Assembly (NCBI GenBank): GCA_049512815.1
Contig: JBEKWS010000016.1
Coordinates: 52,249-116,248 of the forward strand
Reading direction: 5' to 3'
Source of the DNA: Bacteroidales bacterium
Lineage (GTDB): Bacteria; Bacteroidota; Bacteroidia; Bacteroidales; VadinHA17
DNA: 64,000 nt
Shown: in pieces, positions 19,784 through 28,681 of the stretch
How positions within the stretch are numbered: the first letter of the stretch is position 1
Layout of the letters: each line of letters begins with the position of its first letter
Notes under the pieces: generated by a model
What the model saw: only the letters and a program-made list of their open reading frames with translations
Told to the model about the DNA's origin: nothing
Databases searched by the model: none
Translations under genes and position numbers: made by a program

Positions 19784-20379
19784 TACCTGTTGCCAGTTTT
19801 GATTAATATATTATATAACAGTGTTTTGGCCCTGAATAATTGTGCTTTGACCGTTCCTATAGGGAGATTGAGTTCCGATGATATCTCTTCATAAGAGTAT
19901 TCCTTATAATAACGAAGCTCAATAAGCGATTTATATCTTGGTTTTAGCTGGTTCACGATATCTTTCAGTGCTGCAATCTTCTGGTGATTAATTAATGACT
20001 CTTCGGGATCAGGCAGATCCGATTGAATGTTTACAGTCACGTTTTCCAGGTTATCCTGTAAATGATCAAACAGGGTTGGAGAAAGCTGTTTCTTTCTAAT
20101 AAAATCAATACAGTTGTTAGTTGCGATTTTAAAAAGCCAGGTACTGAAGGCGAATTTTGGTGTATATGAATCAAGGTTTCTGAAGGCTTTTCCAAATGCC
20201 TCAATAGTAAGATCTTCGGCATCAGATGCGTTATTTACCATTTTAAGAACCATATAATAAATGGAATCCCTGTAACGGTTCATGAGGCTGGCAAAAGCTT
20301 TTTCATTTCCTTTCTTTGCTTCATCAACAAGCAGCAGATCGCCTCTTGCCTTATCGGATAACCCTTGAATTATTTCCAT
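19783..20379 (-). CDS. ECF RNA polymerase sigma factor
   Basis: DAEDLT, FSTWLFKIATNNCID, SYEEIS, GTVKAQLFRA. Confidence 0.9.
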   Translation of the reverse strand: MEIIQGLSDKARGDLLLVDEAKKGNEKAFASLMNRYRDSIYYMVLKMVNNASDAEDLTIEAFGKAFRNLDSYTPKFAFSTWLFKIATNNCIDFIRKKQLSPTLFDHLQDNLENVTVNIQSDLPDPEESLINHQKIAALKDIVNQLKPRYKSLIELRYYKEYSYEEISSELNLPIGTVKAQLFRAKTLLYNILIKTGNR

Positions 20380-21584
20380 CTGTTTTTACCGGATCTGCTC
20401 CAGGTATTGCTTAAAAATACAATGCTATTGATTACAGGCGAAAAGATATCAAAAAATAGTGAATAAGCCAGTAATCCTGGTTCATTCAATTTCTTCTGAA
20501 CAAGAGTAAAAACAATAATTTGTGTTATTAACCTTAACCCAAAAACGGCTAATACATAAGGCCAGAGAAAAATGTTGGAGAGAAGTACAATAAATAATGT
20601 ATAAAAGAGGATCCTTGTCAATGGCTCAGTTATTAACAGAAATTTATCTCTGAATTTGTAATATGGAGCAGTTGTCAGATGTCTTTTTTTCTGGGTTATC
20701 CATTCATTAAAACCAGAACATGGAACGGACCTTGTATGCATACCATTTCTAAACTCAACACATGTATTTTTCCCTGAAGCAATGGTATTCACTAAAAGGT
20801 CATCATCTCCTGAAATAAGATGATTGTGTGCACCAAAGCCTTTGTTACTGAAAAAAACTGACCGACGGTATGCCAGGTTGCGCCCAACCCCCATATAAGG
20901 GATTCCACGGATAGCCATTCCCAGATACTGCATTGCAATGGTCATGCTGTCGTAACGGATATACTTGTTTAATAATCCCCTCTCATTCAGATATCCGCCA
21001 TAACCCAGAACAAAAGTGATTTCGTCCTCAAAATGCGATGTCATACCTTCGAGCCACTTATCTGATTCAGGCTGGCAATCAGCATCTGTAAAGAGAAGAA
21101 TTTCATTCTTGGCGGCTTTTATTCCAATGAATTGAGCAAATTTTTTATTGTGGGTAAATTTAGGATCTTTGTTTACATTAGAGATTCTGATATGCGGATA
21201 TTGCATCAGATATTTTCCAAGAATATCATATGAATTGTCTTCAGAGCAATCATTTACAACTATGACTTCATAATCGGGATAATCCTGTTCCAGAACTGCA
21301 GGTAAAAAGTTCCTTAGATTTTCTGCTTCATTCCTGGCACAAATTATTATAGAAACCGGCTGTTTGGTTCTTTTTATTTCAGGTGATTTATTCAGATAAA
21401 CTGAAAGATAAAAGAAAAAGTAATAAAACAACTGAATAGATGCAGTTGATACAAAGATATAGAAAACAGTTAAAAGCAAGATTTTTTCGTGTTCCGCCAT
21501 CTGACTTCCAAATATGTCAGCAATATTAATAAGATAATCGGAATGACAAAAAATATATTTCAATAATAATATCAGAATTAACAA
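20370..21584 (-). CDS. Glycosyltransferase family 2, membrane-bound (start uncertain; ATG at 21500 possible)
   Basis: SIIICARNE, VNDCSED, FTDADC, SGDDDL, QKKRH, flanking TMs. Confidence 0.88.
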   Translation of the reverse strand: MLILILLLKYIFCHSDYLINIADIFGSQMAEHEKILLLTVFYIFVSTASIQLFYYFFFYLSVYLNKSPEIKRTKQPVSIIICARNEAENLRNFLPAVLEQDYPDYEVIVVNDCSEDNSYDILGKYLMQYPHIRISNVNKDPKFTHNKKFAQFIGIKAAKNEILLFTDADCQPESDKWLEGMTSHFEDEITFVLGYGGYLNERGLLNKYIRYDSMTIAMQYLGMAIRGIPYMGVGRNLAYRRSVFFSNKGFGAHNHLISGDDDLLVNTIASGKNTCVEFRNGMHTRSVPCSGFNEWITQKKRHLTTAPYYKFRDKFLLITEPLTRILFYTLFIVLLSNIFLWPYVLAVFGLRLITQIIVFTLVQKKLNEPGLLAYSLFFDIFSPVINSIVFLSNTWSRSGKNRWK

Positions 21585-21620
21585 ACCTCCATACTCTTGA
21601 ATTTCTTTTTTTTCAACATG

Positions 21621-21780
21621 AACTCATCCCCGGGCCACTATTAAATCTACCTTATCCCCCGACCACTTCTCCCTGGGGAGAAGGTGTGTAAGAATAATAT
21701 TGTCAATATATTAAGTCCATCCCTCCCGGGGAAGGAATTTAGTGAGAGATGTCTTCTGAGGGGGGAAGTGGAATGGGTTA
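21621..21780. repeat. Degenerate nested REP-like palindromic element
   Basis: Outer aactcatcccc...ggaatgggtt enclosing inner hairpins cttctccc/gggagaag and tccctccc/gggaagga. Confidence 0.65.
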
Positions 21781-21878
21781 AATAAACGAAAGATAAAGAT
21801 GTGGGACTTGTTTTAATTTGAAACAGTCATTTCATTAAAAATAATTTACTTTAATTTTATAAGGCCGTATGGAAAAAT

Positions 21879-21886
21879 TACCTTTG
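21879..21886 (+). promoter_or_regulatory. -7 promoter element upstream of tgt
   Basis: TACCTTTG. Confidence 0.55.
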
Positions 21887-21903
21887 TGCTTCGAAAAAAG
21901 TGA

Positions 21904-23040
21904 TTGGGCAAAATGTTTACAATCGAGAGCAGGGATAAGGAATCAAAAGCGAGAACAGGTGTTCTGAAAACAGCACATGGCGATGTTCCTACTCCGATAT
22001 TCATGCCGGTTGGGACAGGAGGTACAGTAAAAGGTATTCTGCAGCGTGATCTTACAGAGGATATTAATGCAAAAATAATACTTGGGAATACATACCATCT
22101 TTATTTACGTCCCGGTACGGAAATCCTTAAAGCTGCTGGAGGGCTTCATCATTTTATGTCATGGGAGCGTCCTCTCCTGACTGACAGTGGAGGCTATCAG
22201 GTCTTCTCGCTAAATGGAAACAGAAAGCTTACTGATGAAGGAGCAATATTTAAATCACATATTGATGGATCGAGACACATATTTACTCCTGAAAACATAA
22301 TTGACATTCAACGTATTATCGGTGCCGATATAATAATGGCTCTAGATGAGTGTACTCCTTGGCCATGCGATTACAATTATGCCAAAAAATCTATTGCCCT
22401 CACACATCACTGGCTCGACAGATCAATTGTAAGGTATCACGATACGGACCCATTATGGGGTACAGAACAATTCATGTTCCCGATTGTACAGGGAGGAACA
22501 TTTGATGATCTGAGAAAAGAATCAGCAGAAAAAGCAGCTTCTGTCGGAATGGCAGGAAATGCAATCGGTGGGTTATCTGTTGGAGAACCTGCCGAAACGA
22601 TGTACAGGATTATAGAGATTGTCAATGAAATTCTACCTGATGAAAAACCAAGGTATCTTATGGGAGTAGGGACCCCGGTCAATATTCTTGAAGCTATTGA
22701 AAGAGGTATAGATATGTTCGATTGTGTAATGCCGACACGAAATGGACGAAACGGTATGCTGTTTACCAGCGAGGGTACCATTAACATCCGGAACAAAAAA
22801 TGGAGCGATGATTTTAGTCCTATTGATGCTAATGGCCCTTCAGATGTAAGTCTTAAATATTCAAAAGCATATCTGAGGCATCTTGTTATGTCGGGTGAAA
22901 ATCTGGGAGCTCAGATCGCAAGTATACATAACCTGGCATTTTATTTGAAACTGGTTAATGAAGCAAGAAAGAAAATTGAAGAGGGTAAATTTAAAATATG
23001 GAAAGGCTCAATGATAAAAAAACTTTCAGAGAGACAGTAG
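21904..23040 (+). CDS. tgt: Queuine tRNA-ribosyltransferase (start may be ATG at 21913)
   Basis: TPIFMPVGT, NTYHLYLRPG, DSGGYQVFSL, DCVMPTRNGRNG. Confidence 0.97.
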   Translation: MGKMFTIESRDKESKARTGVLKTAHGDVPTPIFMPVGTGGTVKGILQRDLTEDINAKIILGNTYHLYLRPGTEILKAAGGLHHFMSWERPLLTDSGGYQVFSLNGNRKLTDEGAIFKSHIDGSRHIFTPENIIDIQRIIGADIIMALDECTPWPCDYNYAKKSIALTHHWLDRSIVRYHDTDPLWGTEQFMFPIVQGGTFDDLRKESAEKAASVGMAGNAIGGLSVGEPAETMYRIIEIVNEILPDEKPRYLMGVGTPVNILEAIERGIDMFDCVMPTRNGRNGMLFTSEGTINIRNKKWSDDFSPIDANGPSDVSLKYSKAYLRHLVMSGENLGAQIASIHNLAFYLKLVNEARKKIEEGKFKIWKGSMIKKLSERQ

Positions 23041-23042
23041 GT

Positions 23043-24131
23043 TTGCTGAGGTTCAAAATTATAGATGCTTATATAATCAGGAAGTTTCTAGGCACCTTCT
23101 TCTTCTGTATTGTATTAATACTGACCATAGCTGTTGTATTTGATTTCGCTGAAAAAATTGACAACTTCATGGAGAAGCAGGCCCCTGTGAAGGCAATTAT
23201 ATTTGACTATTACATGAATTTCATTCCATATTTCGCCATGCTGTTTGCGCCGCTGTTTGTCTTTATTGCCGTTATTTTCTTCACTTCAAAAATGGCTGTA
23301 AATACTGAGATAATAGCGATCCTGAACAGTGGAATGAGTTTCCGGAGAATGATGTGGCCATATTTTTTTTCAGCTATTATCATAGCAACATTTACATTCG
23401 TTCTCACCAATTATGTAATCCCTAAATCTAACCTTATAAGGATGGATTTTGAAGATAAGTACTACCATTCCTCAACCAGGAGAATAACTGTTGAAAACAT
23501 TCACCGAAAGGTGTTTAAAAATACTTACGTCTACATGGGAACCTTCAATCCTTTGAACCAGAGAGGACAGAATTTCACCATTGAAAAAATTGATAGTGGA
23601 AGACTTATTTCGAAACTATCCTCCACTTCAGTATCTTATGACACTGTAAAACATAAATGGACCGCGATTAATTATTATATCCGCGAAATGAAAGGTAATG
23701 AGGAGATTATCACTAAGGGTAAGCAAATTGACACTACACTTATAATACAACCAAATGACTTTTCAAGGAACCCGGATTTTGTTGGAACTATGACTTCCCG
23801 TGAACTCGATACATATATCGACCTGCTCCGGTTACAGGGATCGGATGAACTTAAACTTTTCCTTATTGAGAAATACCGACGGTTTGCTAATCCCTTTGCA
23901 GTTTTTATACTTACACTGATTGGTGTTTCCCTGTCATCGAAGAAGATAAGGGGAGGCATCGGTATGAATATTGGCATCGGACTTGGGCTTAGTTTTTCCT
24001 ATATTCTGTTTTTGCAGTTTGCTTCACAATTCTGCCTCAAAGGTAATCTTGGCCCAATGTTGGCAATGTGGATCCCAAACATCATTTATTCAGTAATAGG
24101 TCTAGTGCTATATAAATTGGCCCCGAAATAG
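23043..24131 (+). CDS. LptF/LptG family LPS export permease
   Basis: IIDAYIIRKFL, EIIAILNSGMS, WIPN; 6-TM pattern. Start set to in-frame TTG after the tgt stop. Confidence 0.88.
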   Translation: MLRFKIIDAYIIRKFLGTFFFCIVLILTIAVVFDFAEKIDNFMEKQAPVKAIIFDYYMNFIPYFAMLFAPLFVFIAVIFFTSKMAVNTEIIAILNSGMSFRRMMWPYFFSAIIIATFTFVLTNYVIPKSNLIRMDFEDKYYHSSTRRITVENIHRKVFKNTYVYMGTFNPLNQRGQNFTIEKIDSGRLISKLSSTSVSYDTVKHKWTAINYYIREMKGNEEIITKGKQIDTTLIIQPNDFSRNPDFVGTMTSRELDTYIDLLRLQGSDELKLFLIEKYRRFANPFAVFILTLIGVSLSSKKIRGGIGMNIGIGLGLSFSYILFLQFASQFCLKGNLGPMLAMWIPNIIYSVIGLVLYKLAPK

Positions 24132-24224
24132 GTTATAACTCGTACAATTTCCTTAAAATTGTACCCTGAAATTGAGCTCTCATAACAGAAAAAGATTCAT
24201 TACGGATAATTAATACCGATCTAT

Positions 24225-25769
24225 ATGCCAGTCAACAAAAAGATACGTGAACTACAGGAAAAACGTGAGAAAGTTCTTCTTGGCGGAGGAGAACAGGCTA
24301 TTGAGAAGCAGAAAGCTATGGGGAAACGAACAGCCCGCGAGCGCATTATGGCGCTGCTTGATGAGAATTCCTTCAATGAATATGACCTGTTTGTTGAGCA
24401 TGATTCACGTGATTTTGATATGGATAAAAAATCGCTTCCAAGCGATGGGGTTATAATAGGCTCTGGAACTATTTATGGTGCTCCGGTAGCCATTTTTGCT
24501 CAGGATTTTACGGTAGCTGGAGGATCGCTGGGACTGATGCATTCCAGAAAGATTACCAAGATTATGGATCATGCGCTTAAGATGAGAATGCCTCTCATTG
24601 GGATTAACGATTCAGGAGGCGCCAGGATTCAGGAAGGTGTCAATTCACTTGCAGGTTATGGAGAAATTTTCTTCCGTAACACTATATCAAGCGGGGTCAT
24701 TCCACAACTCTCAGTTATTCTCGGCCCATGTGCAGGAGGGGCTGTTTACTCACCTGCTCTGACAGATTTTGTTTTTGTAGTTGACAATATTTCGAAAATG
24801 TTTATCACCGGACCAGAGGTGATAAAAACTGTTCTTGGAGAAGAAATCTCGATGGAGGACCTCGGAGGTGCGAGAGTACAAAGTGAAGTTAGTGGTAATG
24901 CTCACTTCTTTGCATTAAGTGAAGAGGAGTGTTTTAGTCAGATTAAAAAACTTATCACTTTCATTCCATGGAATAATGGGCAGAAAGCCAGAGTGTTTGA
25001 ACCTGGAGAACCAAAACCTGAATATAATATTAATAAGATAGTCCCCGAAAATCCGACTCTCCCTTATGATGTTAAAGATGTTATCAGGGCAATTGTGGAT
25101 AATTCGGATTTTTTTGAGATTATGGAACTTTATGCAAAAAACATAGTAATAGGTTTCGGCCGTATGGGAGGACGTACAACAGGATTTGTAGCCAACCAGC
25201 CTCTCGAAATGGCAGGTGTTCTTGATGTCGACTCTTCCGACAAAGCTGCTAGATTTATTCGTTACTGCGATGCTTTTAACATTCCTCTTATTACATTGGT
25301 CGATCTGCCGGGTTATCTGCCTGGTGTAGATCAGGAACATGCAGGTGTTATACGGCATGGAGCAAAGGTTCTTTATGCTTATAGTGAAGCCACTGTTCCT
25401 AAGCTGACTGTTATACTGAGAAAAGCATATGGTGGCGGATATATTGCGATGAGTTCCCGCCATCTACGTGCTGATTTTGTTTTTGCATGGCCATCTGCTG
25501 AGATTGCAGTTATGGGTCCGGAAGGAGCTGCAAACATCATTTTCAAAAAAGAAATCATGTCCTCTGATGATCCTGACGGAATGAGAAAACAAAAGGTTGA
25601 AGAGTATAAAGCAAAGTTTGCTAATCCATATGTTGCTGCTTCAAGAGGATATGTAGATGCAGTTATTGAACCTTCCGAAACCAGGAAATTTCTGATGCAT
25701 TCTATTGAAGTGTCTGAAAATAAGGATGTTCCAATGCCGCAGAAAAAACATGGCCTTCCACCTTTTTAG
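24225..25769 (+). CDS. Acyl-CoA carboxylase/decarboxylase carboxyltransferase subunit
   Basis: QDFTVAGGSLG, DSGGARIQEG, GPCAGGAVYSPA, RKAYGG, KKHG. Confidence 0.93.
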   Translation: MPVNKKIRELQEKREKVLLGGGEQAIEKQKAMGKRTARERIMALLDENSFNEYDLFVEHDSRDFDMDKKSLPSDGVIIGSGTIYGAPVAIFAQDFTVAGGSLGLMHSRKITKIMDHALKMRMPLIGINDSGGARIQEGVNSLAGYGEIFFRNTISSGVIPQLSVILGPCAGGAVYSPALTDFVFVVDNISKMFITGPEVIKTVLGEEISMEDLGGARVQSEVSGNAHFFALSEEECFSQIKKLITFIPWNNGQKARVFEPGEPKPEYNINKIVPENPTLPYDVKDVIRAIVDNSDFFEIMELYAKNIVIGFGRMGGRTTGFVANQPLEMAGVLDVDSSDKAARFIRYCDAFNIPLITLVDLPGYLPGVDQEHAGVIRHGAKVLYAYSEATVPKLTVILRKAYGGGYIAMSSRHLRADFVFAWPSAEIAVMGPEGAANIIFKKEIMSSDDPDGMRKQKVEEYKAKFANPYVAASRGYVDAVIEPSETRKFLMHSIEVSENKDVPMPQKKHGLPPF

Positions 25770-25802
25770 TTAAAAGCACTCTGACATATAAATGGAACAA
25801 TC

Positions 25803-26120
25803 ATGAATAAAAAAGATAAGTCAGGATTCCTTAATATTGATACCAGTTTATATCAGACAAGGATCAGCAAAAAGTTTGAAAACAGGAAACCTTATCAACC
25901 AGCAGACCCAAGGATTATTCTTAGTTTTATACCCGGGACTGTTCTCGATATCCTTATAGAACCCGGACAGAATGTTAACAAGGGTGATAACCTGATGATA
26001 CTCGACGCTATGAAAATGCAGAACAAATTGAGATGCAATATGTCTGGCAAAGTAAAATCAATAAAAGTAAAAAAGGGAGACAAGGTTTCAAAAGGGACCA
26101 TGTTGCTGGAACTGGAGTGA
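25803..26120 (+). CDS. Biotin carboxyl carrier protein
   Basis: DAMKMQN biotinylation motif. Confidence 0.88.
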   Translation: MNKKDKSGFLNIDTSLYQTRISKKFENRKPYQPADPRIILSFIPGTVLDILIEPGQNVNKGDNLMILDAMKMQNKLRCNMSGKVKSIKVKKGDKVSKGTMLLELE

Positions 26121-26124
26121 GAAA

Positions 26125-26943
26125 TCACATCACTCCCTCCCAAATTACGAAATCTTTAAGTTTCTGTGGTAATTTTGGTTTCTCTGAAAATATTCCATAT
26201 ACACTCGATCCGCTTCCTGACATCAAACTAAAGAGCGCACTGCATTTGTACAATTCCTTTTTAATGTAAGCTATAATGGGATATTTTTGAAAGGCAAAAT
26301 CTTCAAAATCATTTATTATCAGCCCTTTCCATTCGATTACCGGAAGATCAATCAATTGCAAAAGACTTGTTGATGGAAGTTCTGTATGGCAATTTTGATA
26401 AGCCTCCCTGGTATTTATTCCTACACCGGGATTGATGATAACTAAATAATATCCGGTAAGTACCGAATTGACGGGTGTTAATATCTCACCTCTTCCTGAA
26501 GCAAAAGATGGAATACAATCGATAAAAAATGGACAATCACTTCCTAGTTCCAATGCTATGGCTCTCAATTTATTGTCGTCAATAAGGAGACCAAATCGCT
26601 TGTTTATTGCTTTTAACAGACACACTGCATCTGAGGAACCTCCTCCCAAACCTGCACCGACAGGGATAACTTTATGCAGATGAATTTTTATAGATGGGAA
26701 GGAATTATGCAAACGCAGTTTTTTAACAGCCTTTATAACAAGGTTATCTTCCGATTCGCTTCCTGGGCTGATACCTGTAACTTTAAGGATATCAATATTT
26801 TCTGGCTGATCTGAAATGACGAATTCAAGAGCATCACTCAATCTTACTGGATAAAAGAGTGTTTCAATGTCATGATAGCCATCATCACTTTTCCCTGTAA
26901 TTCGTAATCCAAGATTTATTTTAGCATTCGGGAATACAATCAT
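26125..26943 (-). CDS. ispE: 4-(cytidine 5'-diphospho)-2-C-methyl-D-erythritol kinase
   Basis: AKINLGL, PVGAGLGGGSSDA, GSDCPFF, MSGSGS. Confidence 0.95.
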   Translation of the reverse strand: MIVFPNAKINLGLRITGKSDDGYHDIETLFYPVRLSDALEFVISDQPENIDILKVTGISPGSESEDNLVIKAVKKLRLHNSFPSIKIHLHKVIPVGAGLGGGSSDAVCLLKAINKRFGLLIDDNKLRAIALELGSDCPFFIDCIPSFASGRGEILTPVNSVLTGYYLVIINPGVGINTREAYQNCHTELPSTSLLQLIDLPVIEWKGLIINDFEDFAFQKYPIIAYIKKELYKCSALFSLMSGSGSSVYGIFSEKPKLPQKLKDFVIWEGVM

Positions 26944-27089
26944 CTTCCTCTATTTGATTTGATGTAAAAATACCATATGGTTTTGAATTTGTTACCAAGG
27001 ATCCTTTTAATAGCTTTTCAACAAGTTTTTAACATCAGTCTGTTTGTAACAATAAGCATGCCTTTTAAATTATTAAGTAGGGTTATTCA

Positions 27090-27097
27090 TACCTTTG
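27090..27097 (+). promoter_or_regulatory. -7 promoter element upstream of dnaB
   Basis: TACCTTTG. Confidence 0.5.
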
Positions 27098-27160
27098 AAA
27101 CTACCCGGGGAAATAATTTGAATACTCTCTAAGTGTTTATAAATCAGAAATATAATTTTA

Positions 27161-28681
27161 ATGGCAAAACAAAGAAATAGCCCAAGGCCCACTATTACAA
27201 CACTGCCTGATTTTGGCAAGGTACCACCACAGGCAAACGATATGGAGGAGGCAGTTCTTGGTGCAGTTATGCTTGAAAAGGAAGCAGTAATAACCATCCT
27301 TGATATTCTCAAGCCAGAGAGTTTTTATAAAGAAGCACATCAGAAAATATTCAAAGCGATCTCCGACCTGTCGTCCAGGGAGTATCCGGTAGATCTCTAT
27401 ACTGTTACAGAAGAACTACGGTCTCATCATGAATTAGATAGTGTAGGCGGCCCGGTCTATCTTACCCAGCTTACATCAAAAGTTGTATCGGCAGCAAACG
27501 TCGACTATCATGCAAGGATTGTGGCACAAAAATATATCCAGCGTGAACTTATAAGAATTTCAACTGAAATACAGACAAGGTCTTTTGACGATACGTATGA
27601 TGTAACTGAGCTTCTCGATTATTCGGAAAATGCTCTCTTTCAGATTGCAGAAGGAAACATAAAAAGAGAAGTTTCTCCTATTAATGTGGTTATTAAAGAA
27701 GCTCTAAGGGAGATTGAGGAAGCAGGGAAAAGGGAAGATGCCCTGGTGGGAACACCCTCTGGTTTCACCAAACTTGACAGACTTACATCAGGATGGCAGA
27801 AATCAGAACTGATCATAATTGCAGCCCGTCCATCAATGGGAAAAACTGCGTTTGCTCTTTCAATGGCAAGGAACATGGCTATTGACCACGGGAAAAAAGT
27901 TGCTATATTCTCATGCGAAATGTCTTCTATTCAGTTAGTTAACAGGTTAATAATAGCCGAAACCAATATTCCCGGAGATAAGATCAAAAACGGCCGTCTG
28001 TCTGAGGAGGAGTGGAAACAGCTTGATACAAGGATAAAAAAACTGGTACAGGCTCCGATATTTATTGATGATACGCCGGCCATTTCGATATTTGAACTCA
28101 GAGCCAAGTGCAGACGTCTGATGGCCCAGCACAAACTCGATATTGTAATTGTTGACTATCTTCAGCTTATGTCGGGACCTGAAAATGCAGGAAGTCGCGA
28201 ACAGGAGGTCAGTAATATATCCCGTTCACTAAAGAGTATTGCAAAAGAACTTAATGTTCCTATTCTCGCTCTTTCCCAGCTTAATCGATCAGTCGAAATG
28301 AGAGGAGGTACCAAAAGGCCGCTTCTTTCTGACCTTCGAGAATCAGGAGCAATTGAGCAGGATGCAGATATGGTTGTATTTATTCACCGACAGGATAAAT
28401 TTGGCATTCCAACCTTCGAGGATGGTTCTTCCACCAAAGGGATTGCTGAAATCATTCTTGCAAAGAACCGAAACGGTCCTGTTGACGATGTGAGACTTAG
28501 ATTCCGTGAAGAGAAGGCTCAGTTTGTGGATATAGATGATTTTGATATGGATGGCAATACTGATATAAACGGATCCCAGAGCATCACCCTGGGATCAAAA
28601 ATGAATCATGACAACCTTAGAAAACTTGGAGGAGGATTCAATAACGAATCAGACATCCATGATGAACCACCTTTTGCTTAG
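27161..28681 (+). CDS. dnaB: Replicative DNA helicase
   Basis: ARPSMGKT, DYLQLM, SQLNR, DLRESGAIEQDAD, KNRNG; no intein. Confidence 0.97.
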   Translation: MAKQRNSPRPTITTLPDFGKVPPQANDMEEAVLGAVMLEKEAVITILDILKPESFYKEAHQKIFKAISDLSSREYPVDLYTVTEELRSHHELDSVGGPVYLTQLTSKVVSAANVDYHARIVAQKYIQRELIRISTEIQTRSFDDTYDVTELLDYSENALFQIAEGNIKREVSPINVVIKEALREIEEAGKREDALVGTPSGFTKLDRLTSGWQKSELIIIAARPSMGKTAFALSMARNMAIDHGKKVAIFSCEMSSIQLVNRLIIAETNIPGDKIKNGRLSEEEWKQLDTRIKKLVQAPIFIDDTPAISIFELRAKCRRLMAQHKLDIVIVDYLQLMSGPENAGSREQEVSNISRSLKSIAKELNVPILALSQLNRSVEMRGGTKRPLLSDLRESGAIEQDADMVVFIHRQDKFGIPTFEDGSSTKGIAEIILAKNRNGPVDDVRLRFREEKAQFVDIDDFDMDGNTDINGSQSITLGSKMNHDNLRKLGGGFNNESDIHDEPPFA

